A stretch of 64,000 bases of DNA from Patescibacteria group bacterium (GCA_041645555.1 JBAZPX010000001.1:22505-86504), one strand, 5' to 3'. Shown: positions 44,562 through 57,081, counted from the stretch's first letter. Notes: a model not told the origin generated them from the sequence alone. Made by a program: numbers and translations.

Positions 44562-45374
44562 ATGAAAAACTTTTTTAAAAAAACCTTAAAATTTATTTCT
44601 TCCCGGTTAGTTTACTTGGCTATTGGTATTTTTTTAGCCATCTCAATCACTTATGTCTATGCCGCCTGGGATACTGCTAAAACCGGGGGTTCGGGTCAGG
44701 TTGGCCAGGGCAATTGGAACTCCTTAGTTAACGAAATCCATAATAAATGTGGCAGTAACTGCGATGCTACAGCCTCCGCCGCTACGGCTTCTGGCAATAA
44801 TTTAACGGAAAATAATTGGAATAATTTAATTGATCTGGCAAATAATACCTTAGTGGATTGTACTGATAATAACGGAGGAAAATGTTTTATTAACCAAACT
44901 TCCAAAAGTGCCTTAGATCTTGACTTAGTGGCTGGAAATATTAAAAACGGAGTTAATATTTTCGGTGTTGGCGGAACTTTAGTCTCTCAAGTGGCGCCGA
45001 CAGATTGCGCCGGTTCAGAGAATATTGGCAAGGGCTGCGGAGGAGGTATTTTCATCGGTAGTAATCTAGTAATTAGCCCTGGCGTAAAAGACGCTGCGGC
45101 TTTTAGTTCCAGTCTTTGTAGTGGAACTTATAATGGTTTTTCAAACTGGAGGTTACCAACTCTAGCCGAACTAAGTACGGGCGTTTTGCATACTAGCTAT
45201 AGCCATTGGCTTAATAGTAATTATGAGGTTTATTTACAATCAAGCCAGTATAACGGCCCATTTCAGGGCAATATGAAATGTAACCCAATTACCGGAGACT
45301 GTGTAACGTTGCCTTTCCAATGTGCTATGCTCCCATGCTTAGAGCGTTATAGATGCGTTAGAGAAATTAATTAG
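44562..45374 (+). CDS. secreted protein, conserved-leader family member A1, DUF1566/Lcl-C-like C-terminal domain
   Basis: Leader MKNFFKKTLKFISSRLVYLAIGIFLAISITYVYA|AWDTAKTGGSGQ. The shared central region has LVAGNIKNGVNIFGVGG. The C-terminus has SNWRLPTLAEL. Confidence 0.7.
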   Translation: MKNFFKKTLKFISSRLVYLAIGIFLAISITYVYAAWDTAKTGGSGQVGQGNWNSLVNEIHNKCGSNCDATASAATASGNNLTENNWNNLIDLANNTLVDCTDNNGGKCFINQTSKSALDLDLVAGNIKNGVNIFGVGGTLVSQVAPTDCAGSENIGKGCGGGIFIGSNLVISPGVKDAAAFSSSLCSGTYNGFSNWRLPTLAELSTGVLHTSYSHWLNSNYEVYLQSSQYNGPFQGNMKCNPITGDCVTLPFQCAMLPCLERYRCVREIN

Positions 45375-45405
45375 TTGGTTTTTGCCTTATTTTACCGATT
45401 GAATT

Positions 45406-45939
45406 ATGAAAAATATTTTCAAAAAATCCTTAAAATTTATCTCTTCCCGATTGCTTTATTTAGTTATTGGAATTTTGTTGGCAATCAGCGCGACTTATGT
45501 TTACGCCACCTGGGATAGCGCTAAAACCGGCGGCTCAGGACAATTAACAGAAGCGAATTGGAATGAGTTGGTGACGATGATTCAAAATAATCTTGGGGCC
45601 GGAGCGTCGAAAGGTTGTAAAATGTATAAATTTAGTGGTGCAAACGGAACACAAAATTTTGTAACAGTTGTGGATGTCCCTAGTGGTGCCGGAACGTTAT
45701 TAAATCTTAATATGGATGGATATTCAGACTCTTTAATACAAATAACTGTTGATGGAACAGTTTATACGGGGCAATCAGTAGCTAGTCCTTCAAATTTGGT
45801 TTTGCAGGGAAATGGTTTAGGGGCGGTAACTTCTCCGGCTACGTTAATGATCCCTTTTAAAACTTCCTTAAAGGTCGAATTTAGAATGACGGCAGTTAGT
45901 GGGGCAAGATATATTTATGGAAATTATTGTCTCCAGTAA
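45406..45939 (+). CDS. secreted protein, conserved-leader family member B1, unrelated C-terminal domain
   Basis: The first ~190 nt are highly similar to 46059-46248. The C-terminal ~110 aa are unique. Confidence 0.7.
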   Translation: MKNIFKKSLKFISSRLLYLVIGILLAISATYVYATWDSAKTGGSGQLTEANWNELVTMIQNNLGAGASKGCKMYKFSGANGTQNFVTVVDVPSGAGTLLNLNMDGYSDSLIQITVDGTVYTGQSVASPSNLVLQGNGLGAVTSPATLMIPFKTSLKVEFRMTAVSGARYIYGNYCLQ

Positions 45940-46058
45940 ATGATAAAAAAGGAGTCTTAAATTAGGTCAACTCTATTTTTTGGGTTCACTCTTATTAAAA
46001 GGAAAAGGCTGACCGCAGCATAAATTATTCTCTTTGCCTTATTTTTAAATATAATTTT

Positions 46059-46535
46059 GTGAAAAATATTTTCAAAAAATCCTTAAAATTTATCTCTTCC
46101 CGTTTGTTTTATTTGGTTATCGGAATTTTTTTGGCAATCAGCGCAACTTATGTCTATGCCACTTGGGATACGGCTAAAACCAGCGGCTCGGGGAAACTAA
46201 CAGAAGCAAATTGGAATGAATTAGTGACAATGGTTCAATCTGACTTGAGCGCTCTCAACGCCAAAGTTGATAATATGTCGTCTTCTGGCGCGCCATATAT
46301 CAATTGGAACGATTGCGAAGTAAAGACTGCCTACTGCACGCAGTTCGGGAATTCTAATGTGTGCTGTTCAAGCGGTTACACCCTTGTGACCTCAAACTGT
46401 TCCGTGAGCGGGACTGACGTAAGCAACCATACTGGTTCTTGTAACTTTTCTTCCACTAGCTGTCTTTATCTTCAGTGCGAGTTCTACTCGAAAACGACCG
46501 GTTCAATAAAATGTTGCAAATATGTTACGCCGTAG
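46059..46535 (+). CDS. secreted protein, conserved-leader family member B2, Cys-rich C-terminal domain
   Basis: GTG start and the same leader as B1. The C-terminus has about 10 Cys. Confidence 0.65.
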   Translation: MKNIFKKSLKFISSRLFYLVIGIFLAISATYVYATWDTAKTSGSGKLTEANWNELVTMVQSDLSALNAKVDNMSSSGAPYINWNDCEVKTAYCTQFGNSNVCCSSGYTLVTSNCSVSGTDVSNHTGSCNFSSTSCLYLQCEFYSKTTGSIKCCKYVTP

Positions 46536-46622
46536 ATGAAAATAATTTGTTTTTTGTCTAGGGGCTGACTATGGTCCAAATTATTAAATTATTCCTTTTG
46601 CTTTATTTTTATATTAAATATT

Positions 46623-48014
46623 ATGAAAGAATATTTTAAATTAAAAACTTGGTTGATAGTGATAGTTATGCTTATAATCGGGATTAGTTCGGCGGCTTTA
46701 ATTACCTATTTTGAGTTTAAAGATAGCGAAGAAGTCGCTCAAGCCGAAAGCGGCAATAATGTCATTGGTTATGCTTGGAGCGAGGGAGTCGGCTGGATTA
46801 GTTTTAATTGTTCCAATACTGACTCCTGCGCGACAGTTGACTACGGAGTCAATATTGATTCGGAAACGGGAAATATTTCCGGTTATGCCTGGAGTCCTAA
46901 TATCGGCTGGATTAGTTTTAACAGAAAAACTTGTAATGGCGGGGTTAATATGGGCCAAGCTTGCACGACAAATGGTGATTGCCCTGGCGGCAATCAGTGC
47001 CGAGATGACGCTCCAGGCACTACCGGAGCCCCTCCAGCCGAGCCGTTTTTGTCCGATGAAGATATTGTAGCTAGCTATGACAGTACTACAGGAAATATAA
47101 CTGGTTGGGCGAAAATTTTGGTTTTAGAGGACGATGGCTGGATAAATTTTAATAATCCCAATGAGGGAGGGTTGCCTTTAGACTTTCCGGTAGATTTGCC
47201 TGTAGATTTTGAGGGAACTAGTTTCGGCGTTTCCATAGCTTCCAGCACAAGTGAATTTAGCGGTTGGGCCTGGAATGGGGGAGTAGATGGCGCTGGTATC
47301 GGTTGGATTAGCTTTAATTGCGCTGATACGGGCGCCGGCGGCTGCAGCGGGCATGAATATAAAGTCTCTTCTTCGTTGAATGTTGCCCCCCAAGCGGCTA
47401 ATCCAACTGCTCCGAACTGGACTTATGAGCAGGCCTGCTCCCTTTACGCCAAACAGGCGTTCCTGCGCTGGGAATTTAGCGACCCTGATGCGGGTTCTTC
47501 GCAAGCCGCTTATCAAATAATCATTGATACAGACAGCAATCCGAATAATCCCCTTATTGATACCGGAAAGATAGAAGAGAGCGTCAGCCAATATTCAGCC
47601 ACTTCGACCTTGTTGGCTTATGACGAGACTTATTATTGGTGGGTAAGGGTTTGGGATAATTTAAATATTGCTTCAGAATTGACGGCTGGTCCGACGTTTA
47701 CCACCTATAAACACGAATTACCAGACGTAGCTTTTGCCTGGGTGCCGGAGAGTCCCAGTAAAGATGAGGGGGTAAAATTTACCCACAGTTCGACTAGCTA
47801 TGGCGAAACCACCATAACTGATTTATTGTGGACAGCGCCTAAGGCCTCGATTAATGATCCGGCCACTTCTACGCCAACTATTATTTTCAATTCTTCCGGA
47901 AATCAGGAAGTGACCTTAAAAGTAACTGATAGTGATGGCTATTATTGCAGTCTGGCTAAAACCTTAAAGGTAAATGTAACTCTGCCAGGATGGAAAGAAG
48001 TGAAGCCCCAATAA
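46623..48014 (+). CDS. membrane-anchored protein with four G(Y/W)AW...GWI(S/N)FN repeats, an FN3-like region and a PKD-like domain
   Basis: GYAWSEGVGWISFNCSN, GYAWSPNIGWISFN, GWAKILVLEDDGWINFN and GWAWNGGVDGAGIGWISFNC. The C-terminus has VTLKVTDSDGYYCS (PKD-type). Confidence 0.7.
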   Translation: MKEYFKLKTWLIVIVMLIIGISSAALITYFEFKDSEEVAQAESGNNVIGYAWSEGVGWISFNCSNTDSCATVDYGVNIDSETGNISGYAWSPNIGWISFNRKTCNGGVNMGQACTTNGDCPGGNQCRDDAPGTTGAPPAEPFLSDEDIVASYDSTTGNITGWAKILVLEDDGWINFNNPNEGGLPLDFPVDLPVDFEGTSFGVSIASSTSEFSGWAWNGGVDGAGIGWISFNCADTGAGGCSGHEYKVSSSLNVAPQAANPTAPNWTYEQACSLYAKQAFLRWEFSDPDAGSSQAAYQIIIDTDSNPNNPLIDTGKIEESVSQYSATSTLLAYDETYYWWVRVWDNLNIASELTAGPTFTTYKHELPDVAFAWVPESPSKDEGVKFTHSSTSYGETTITDLLWTAPKASINDPATSTPTIIFNSSGNQEVTLKVTDSDGYYCSLAKTLKVNVTLPGWKEVKPQ

Positions 48015-48159
48015 ATACCTCCCCCCCGCCCCCTCGCCTAATTAGAAGAGGGGAAATAAAGGGGTGGGGTGCATTTCACTATAGCAAAAGCCCCATTTTT
48101 GGGGTTTTTGTTTTTAGGGTAAATATGGTAAAATTAAAATAGAATTTATATAAAAATTT

Positions 48160-48723
48160 ATGCTTTTAGTTAAGAAATTTAAAAGTGAGGCTGGGTTTAC
48201 TTTGATAGAACTAATAGTGAGTATTTCTATCATCGCTTTAATTTCCGGAGTTTTTTTAGCTAATTACCATTCAACCAATAAGCAGTCTGAATTGACAATG
48301 ACGGCGCAAAAATTAGTAAGCGATATAAGATTGGCGCAGAGTTATAGTTTGGGATCGAAAGAATATGGCGGCAGCGTACCCAGCGGCGGCTGGGGAGTGC
48401 ATTTTGATAAGGCCTCTTCTCCGGGAAGCTATAAAATTTTTGCCGACAGCAATGGCAACAAGGCGTACGATAGTGGAGAGGATGATAAAGACAAGGGCGG
48501 GCAAACCGTTAATTTGCCGGCTGGCGTCAGGATAGCCGAAATAAATACGGGCGCTTTAATAGATTTAATTAATATTACTTTTCTTCCTCCCGACCCGACC
48601 ACCAATATTTGGGACGGAGCCGATAGTTATAATATCGCGCAAATAAAGCTAGAAGGAGAAACTGAGGGCTTAATGAAAATTATTGCCGTTAATTTTTTCG
48701 GACTAGTAGAGGTGATGGATTAG
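48160..48723 (+). CDS. type IV pilin-like protein (prepilin N-terminal cleavage/methylation motif), FimT/GspH-like
   Basis: KSEAG|FTLIELIVSISIIALISGVFL with Glu at +5. LVSDIRLAQSYSL resembles the GspH/FimT helix. Confidence 0.8.
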   Translation: MLLVKKFKSEAGFTLIELIVSISIIALISGVFLANYHSTNKQSELTMTAQKLVSDIRLAQSYSLGSKEYGGSVPSGGWGVHFDKASSPGSYKIFADSNGNKAYDSGEDDKDKGGQTVNLPAGVRIAEINTGALIDLINITFLPPDPTTNIWDGADSYNIAQIKLEGETEGLMKIIAVNFFGLVEVMD

Positions 48724-48752
48724 GTTATTTTAATTAGGTTCGCCTAAAAATT

Positions 48753-49256
48753 ATGACGACATTTTTTAAAGGACAATCAGGTTTTTCAATTCTTGAGATA
48801 GTTGTGGCTTTTTCTATTATTACCATCGGGTTAGTCGGGGTGTTGTCCTTAACTGCCCAAAATGTCCAGGTAGAATATACAAACAAGAACAATTTGGTTG
48901 CTTCGCAACTGGCTCAGGAAGGGCTGGAACTTATAAGAAATATCAGGGATAATAACTGGCTGGTCGGGAATAGTTGGGATAATAGTATTACCCCGGGCAC
49001 TTATATAGTGGATTATTCCGGTAATATTAGTAGTGTGGCGGGCATAGGAGAGGCGAGATTACAACAAAGAAACGATATTGGCGAGGAAGATTATTATTGG
49101 CACGAAGCAAGCGATCCAGATTCTTTGTTCAGCCGTTTAATTACCATTACCCAGACTTCCCCAGAATTATTAAATGTTTCCTGCCTAATCCAATGGGAAG
49201 ATAGAGGACAAACTTTTCAGTACGTGGCTGACACTATTTTATATGACTGGCGGTAG
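48753..49256 (+). CDS. type IV pilin-like minor pilin (PilV/GspI-like)
   Basis: GQSG|FSILEIVVAFSIITIGLVGVL with Glu at +5. Confidence 0.75.
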   Translation: MTTFFKGQSGFSILEIVVAFSIITIGLVGVLSLTAQNVQVEYTNKNNLVASQLAQEGLELIRNIRDNNWLVGNSWDNSITPGTYIVDYSGNISSVAGIGEARLQQRNDIGEEDYYWHEASDPDSLFSRLITITQTSPELLNVSCLIQWEDRGQTFQYVADTILYDWR

Positions 49257-49402
49257 AGCGCATAGCGCAAATTTTAAATAACAAATTTTAAATTTTAAAT
49301 TACGACGGATATTAAAATTAAGCAATTAAAATTTAGTCATTTAAAATTAAAGCAAAATTATATTACTGTTGTTCCGTAATAAAATATAATTATTGTCTTA
49401 GT

Positions 49403-49978
49403 ATGTTTAGAAATATAATAAAAAATAAAAAAGGCGTGACCCTACTGGAGTTGACGGTGTCAGTGGCCATATTTTCCGTGGTTATGCTTTCGGCGACAGA
49501 GATTTTCAGGCTGGTGATTGAAAGTCAGCGTAATGCCATTGCTTCCCAGAATACCCAGGAAAGCATGAGATACGCTTTTGAAACCATGGCTAAAGAAATT
49601 AGAACCGCCACTTTAAGCAATAATGACTGCGAATCCTCATTCAGCCCGCCGGCCATAGCCGTAAATAAAGTTTATAATACTGCCACCAACAGCGAGGGCG
49701 ATATCTTATATTTTAAAAATAAAGACGGCGTCTGCGTGGCCTACTATTTGGAAGATGAGGCCCTGAAAGTTATCAGGGGAGAGAATATAGCCTCCACTAC
49801 TCCCGGCAAGATTAAAGTAACCAATCTGGACTTTAAAGTCATTGACGATTTAATCGGCGCTTTTCACAGCCAGCAGCCATTAGTGACTATGCAAATGGAC
49901 ATTGAAGCCGTTGGCAAGGAAATGCATAAACAAACCATGAAGATACAGACAACCATATCATCAAGGTATTATGAATGA
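49403..49978 (+). CDS. type IV pilin-like minor pilin (PilW/GspJ-like)
   Basis: KNKKG|VTLLELTVSVAIFSVVML with Glu at +5. Confidence 0.75.
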   Translation: MFRNIIKNKKGVTLLELTVSVAIFSVVMLSATEIFRLVIESQRNAIASQNTQESMRYAFETMAKEIRTATLSNNDCESSFSPPAIAVNKVYNTATNSEGDILYFKNKDGVCVAYYLEDEALKVIRGENIASTTPGKIKVTNLDFKVIDDLIGAFHSQQPLVTMQMDIEAVGKEMHKQTMKIQTTISSRYYE

Positions 49979-50042
49979 CGAATTTTAGATTTAAGAATTA
50001 CAAACTTTAAATTATTTTTCCCGTTTAAATCTTTATAAATAG

Positions 50043-50966
50043 ATGAATAATATTTTTAAGGAAAATAATGGCACAGCGCTTCTAATGACCTTGCTCATCC
50101 TGACAAGTATTTTAGTGGTAACTTTGGGGGCGGCCAGTTTAATCATCCCCGGCATAAAGATGAGCCGGACGCAGGAACAATCAACCAAAGCTTTTTTTGC
50201 CGCCGAAGCCGGAGTGGAAAAAGCTTTATGGGAGGTAAGAAAAAATAGTTATGCTATTCCTGAGGTTGATACTGATAATGTTTTTTCCGGCAGCTTAGGC
50301 AACAATAGCGCTTATCAGGCGGATTGTGCCCTCTCTCTTCCGCAGGTAACCTTTACTTCTACCGGCAGTTACCGACAAACCAGGAGAAGTGTAGCGGTTA
50401 ATTTTGAGGTTTCGGGAGAGTATGGCGGAGGATGTATGCCTGATTGTGTGGGGAAATTATGCGGCGTTGACGATGGTTGCGGCGACATTTGCCCTTCAAG
50501 CTGCATCTCTTCCCCTGGCTGCAGTTCTGCAGTTCTGTTAAATGCCAGTATTGCCAGCGGTTCTTGCTGCGAAGGAGAGTGTTATGAATGTGATGAGGGT
50601 TATAGTTGGGATGGGGAAGCTTGTGTTCAAACCAATCCGGACGAGGGTTGCGTTGCCGATTGCCTGGGAAAATCGTGCGGAGATGATGATGGTTGCGGCA
50701 ATGCCTGTCCCGCCAGTTGCGCGTTTCTTCCCGGATGCAGAGCCGATGCGGTTGCTAACTCGAATATAGCGGCTGGTTCTTGCTGCGAAGGAGGGTGCTA
50801 TAAATGTGATGAGGGCTATAGTTGGGATGGAAATAGTTGCGTTGCCGGGGTTTTTGATGCCGCTACTTTTGATGGCTGGTGCTGGGATTGTCCGGAATAT
50901 ACTTATCCGGACCCGCAAGACCCTCTTTTCGGGGACATAAAAGAATATATTGATTCTAGATTTTAA
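50043..50966 (+). CDS. PilX/GspK-like minor pilin with a duplicated Cys-rich module
   Basis: KENNG|TALLMTLLILTSILVV with no Glu at +5, as in the PilX_N/GspK type. Two ~70-aa Cys-rich repeats at nt 50430-50645 and 50646-50852. Confidence 0.65.
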   Translation: MNNIFKENNGTALLMTLLILTSILVVTLGAASLIIPGIKMSRTQEQSTKAFFAAEAGVEKALWEVRKNSYAIPEVDTDNVFSGSLGNNSAYQADCALSLPQVTFTSTGSYRQTRRSVAVNFEVSGEYGGGCMPDCVGKLCGVDDGCGDICPSSCISSPGCSSAVLLNASIASGSCCEGECYECDEGYSWDGEACVQTNPDEGCVADCLGKSCGDDDGCGNACPASCAFLPGCRADAVANSNIAAGSCCEGGCYKCDEGYSWDGNSCVAGVFDAATFDGWCWDCPEYTYPDPQDPLFGDIKEYIDSRF

Positions 50967-50989
50967 CATTTATTATTTATTTTAAAAAT

Positions 50990-51664
50990 ATGAAAGGAAT
51001 GATTAACAAAGAAATAAAAACTAAAAATGGAATTTTAATTATTATCGCCGCTACCTTAATGATATTAAGCGGGATTTTACTTACTAACATTGATTTAATT
51101 TTCGGTGCCGGAACGGGAGATGCCGACACTTTAGACAGTATGGATTGGTCTGGTGACGATTGCAGCGGCGTGGATTGCAATATAAAGGATTATATTGACG
51201 CCAAAAGCACGCCCTGCGCTTCTCAAGGTTCACAAAGTTGTTATGCAACAGGGACATACTATGCCGGCACGACTCAAACAGTTAGTAATGTTGCGACTGC
51301 ACAGTCCGCGGGATATTATGCCGCTTTTAATCTCGCTACTGTGGATGCTGATTTAACAGCTGGTAATATTAAAAACGGAATTAATATTTTTGGAGTGGCG
51401 GGAAGTGTAGTGGCCAAGGATCCACTAGCTTCATCTCAATGTTTTCAAACTATGACGGACGATAGAACGTGCCGTAATGGTGCTACCAATGGACAAACAT
51501 CCGCCGCTTATTGCATTGCAAGGGGGTTCACTTCTGGCTATTCCATTAAGAATGATTACTATACTAATGGTTGCTTAAATATGTATTGGAATGCAAACAC
51601 CGGAACTTTTAATTGGTCATGCAATACAACATACGGATGGAATGTAAGCACTTATTGCAATTAA
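50990..51664 (+). CDS. membrane-anchored/pilin-like hypothetical protein
   Basis: KTKNG|ILIIIAATLMILSGILL. Shares LTAGNIKNGINIFGVAG with the A1/A2 family. Confidence 0.55.
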   Translation: MKGMINKEIKTKNGILIIIAATLMILSGILLTNIDLIFGAGTGDADTLDSMDWSGDDCSGVDCNIKDYIDAKSTPCASQGSQSCYATGTYYAGTTQTVSNVATAQSAGYYAAFNLATVDADLTAGNIKNGINIFGVAGSVVAKDPLASSQCFQTMTDDRTCRNGATNGQTSAAYCIARGFTSGYSIKNDYYTNGCLNMYWNANTGTFNWSCNTTYGWNVSTYCN

Positions 51665-51694
51665 CAAAATATTACGTTTTTAATTATTTCAAAT

Positions 51695-55031
<3,337 letters not shown>

Positions 55032-55060
55032 CAGTTAACTTTTAACAATTAACAACTTTG

Positions 55061-56512
55061 ATGGAGTTGAATAAATTAACAATTAAAGAGGCTAGCCAAA
55101 AATTAGCCAAAGGCGAGATAACCTCGGTGGAATTAACTAAGGCCTGTTTGGCGCGCATAAAGGAAGCCGATAAAAAAATCAAAGCTTGTTTAACGGTTTG
55201 CGAAAAAGAGGCTTTAGCTGAAGCTAAGGAAGCTGATAAGCGGCGAGCTAAGGGCGAAAGAAATGATTTGTTAGGTATCCCTTATATAGCCAAAGATAAT
55301 ATTTTAACTAAGGGCATAAAAACCACGGCAGCTTCAAAAATTTTAGAAAATTATATTGCGCCTTTTGACGCTACGATCATAAAAAAATTGAAAGAAGCCG
55401 GAGCCGTACTGCTAGCTAAGTCTAATTTAGACGAATTTGCCCATGGCGCTTCTACGGAAAATTCCGCTTTTGGCCCGACTCATAATCCCTGGGATTTGTC
55501 TAGAGTCCCGGGCGGGTCTTCCGGCGGTTCAGCCGCAGCTGTGGCCGCAGATATGTGCCTTTTCGCTTTAGGAACGGATACTGGAGGTTCAATCAGGTGC
55601 CCGGCCAGTTTTTGCGGGGTAGTTGGCCTAAAACCGACTTATGGCCGCAGCTCCCGTTTTGGCCTTATAGCCATGACTTCCTCGACCGATGTGCCCGGGC
55701 CAATAACTAAAACAATAGAAGACGCGGCTATAGTTTTAGAAGCGATTGCCGGCCATGATAAAAATGACGCCACGACTCCGGACGTGGCAGTCCCGGCTTA
55801 TGAGAAATTCTTAGGCAAAAGTCTAAAGGGCTTAAAAATCGGCCGGCCCGAAGAATATTTTGGTCAAGGCGTGGAAAGGGGTGTCAAAGAAATGGTAGAA
55901 AAAGCTATGGCCAAATTAGAGGAATTGGGAGCAGAAATTGTGCCCATAAAACTTCCTTATGCCAAATACGGCATTCCGGTTTATTATATAATCACTCCTT
56001 CGGAAATCAGTTCTAATTTAGCCCGTTTTGACGGCATCCGTTATGGCTTTTCTTCCGAACAAGTAAAAGATTTAAAAGAAGTTTATGCCAAAAGCCGGGG
56101 AAAAGGATTTGGGCCGGAAGCCAAGCGCCGGATAATGCTTGGCACCTATGTTTTGTCCGCCGGCTATTATGACGCTTATTATTTAAAAGCGCAGAAAGTG
56201 AGGACGAAAATAAAAGAAGAGCTGGACTTTGAATTGAAAAAATTAGACGCGATTATTACCCCGACCCAGCCCAGCCCGGCTTTTAAAATCGGCGAGCAAT
56301 CAGACGACCCTTTAAAAATGTATTTAGAAGATATTTTTGTCACGGGCGCCTCTTTAGCCGGTCTGCCGGCTATATCTGTCCCTTGCGGGTTTTCCGGAGG
56401 CTTGCCCGTTGGTATGCAGTTAATCGGAAAAAGATTTGATGAAGGAATGATTTTAAATATTGCCAACGCCTACGAGAAGGCAGTTGATTGGAAAAAGAAA
56501 CCGGAACTTTAA
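55061..56512 (+). CDS. gatA: Asp/Glu-tRNA(Asn/Gln) amidotransferase subunit A
   Basis: Amidase signature GGSSGGSAAAVAA...GTDTGGSIRCPASFCG. The ATG at 55061 is one codon inside the track ORF. Confidence 0.92.
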   Translation: MELNKLTIKEASQKLAKGEITSVELTKACLARIKEADKKIKACLTVCEKEALAEAKEADKRRAKGERNDLLGIPYIAKDNILTKGIKTTAASKILENYIAPFDATIIKKLKEAGAVLLAKSNLDEFAHGASTENSAFGPTHNPWDLSRVPGGSSGGSAAAVAADMCLFALGTDTGGSIRCPASFCGVVGLKPTYGRSSRFGLIAMTSSTDVPGPITKTIEDAAIVLEAIAGHDKNDATTPDVAVPAYEKFLGKSLKGLKIGRPEEYFGQGVERGVKEMVEKAMAKLEELGAEIVPIKLPYAKYGIPVYYIITPSEISSNLARFDGIRYGFSSEQVKDLKEVYAKSRGKGFGPEAKRRIMLGTYVLSAGYYDAYYLKAQKVRTKIKEELDFELKKLDAIITPTQPSPAFKIGEQSDDPLKMYLEDIFVTGASLAGLPAISVPCGFSGGLPVGMQLIGKRFDEGMILNIANAYEKAVDWKKKPEL

Positions 56513-56590
56513 GAATTCTTGTTAAATTGCTAAATAGTTTAGTTTTAAAATACGTAAATTGAACAGTTAAACGAAATTTTGTTTTTTACA

Positions 56591-56923
56591 ATAAAATATT
56601 TTGAGGGGGTTAAAAAAGGAGGAAACAATGAAACAAGGAAAAAATCTGCAAAAAAGATTTACCATTGATACTGTATGGGTATATGCAAAAGTATGGTTCA
56701 AATTTTCTTTTTGACCGATTATATTACTATTGGCCGTTTATCATTTCGGTATGCCCTTCGGGTTGCCTTTAAAATTAGGCATCTTACTCGGAGGGATGGC
56801 GCTCCTATTCATAACGTCTGGAGCGCTAATTAATTTCATATACTACATCGGGAACATAAAAATTCCAAGAATCTTATAACCCCTAGGGGAATGCAAATTC
56901 CCCTCCCCCTCAAAGTATTTTAT
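56591..56923. mobile_element. 333-bp unit bounded by 19-bp terminal inverted repeats (MITE-like), containing two mini-ORFs
   Basis: ataaaatattttgaggggg (56591-56609) against the reverse complement of 56905-56923 (ataaaatactttgaggggg), with 1 mismatch. Inside lie an AAGGAGG RBS plus a 28-codon ORF (56628-56714) and a 42-codon hydrophobic ORF (56751-56879). Confidence 0.45.
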
Positions 56924-56996
56924 GGTGTTGCCTATTTGGTAAACGTTATCTGCTGATAGAAATTAAAATCTGAAATCCGAAATCCGAAATTAATTT

Positions 56997-57081
56997 GGAG
57001 AGGTCGCCTAGTGGCCGATGGCGCGCGCTTGGAAAGCGCGTATACCGCAAGGTATCGAGGGTTCGAATCCCTCTCTCTCCG
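56997..57081 (+). tRNA. tRNA-Ser (anticodon GGA), class II with long variable arm
   Basis: Hand-folded. Acceptor GGAGAGG/TCTCTCC, 3-bp D stem with GG in the loop, anticodon loop UUGGAAA, variable arm ATACC-GCAA-GGTAT and T arm GAGGG-TTCGAAT-CCCTC. Discriminator G; CCA is not encoded. Confidence 0.9.
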
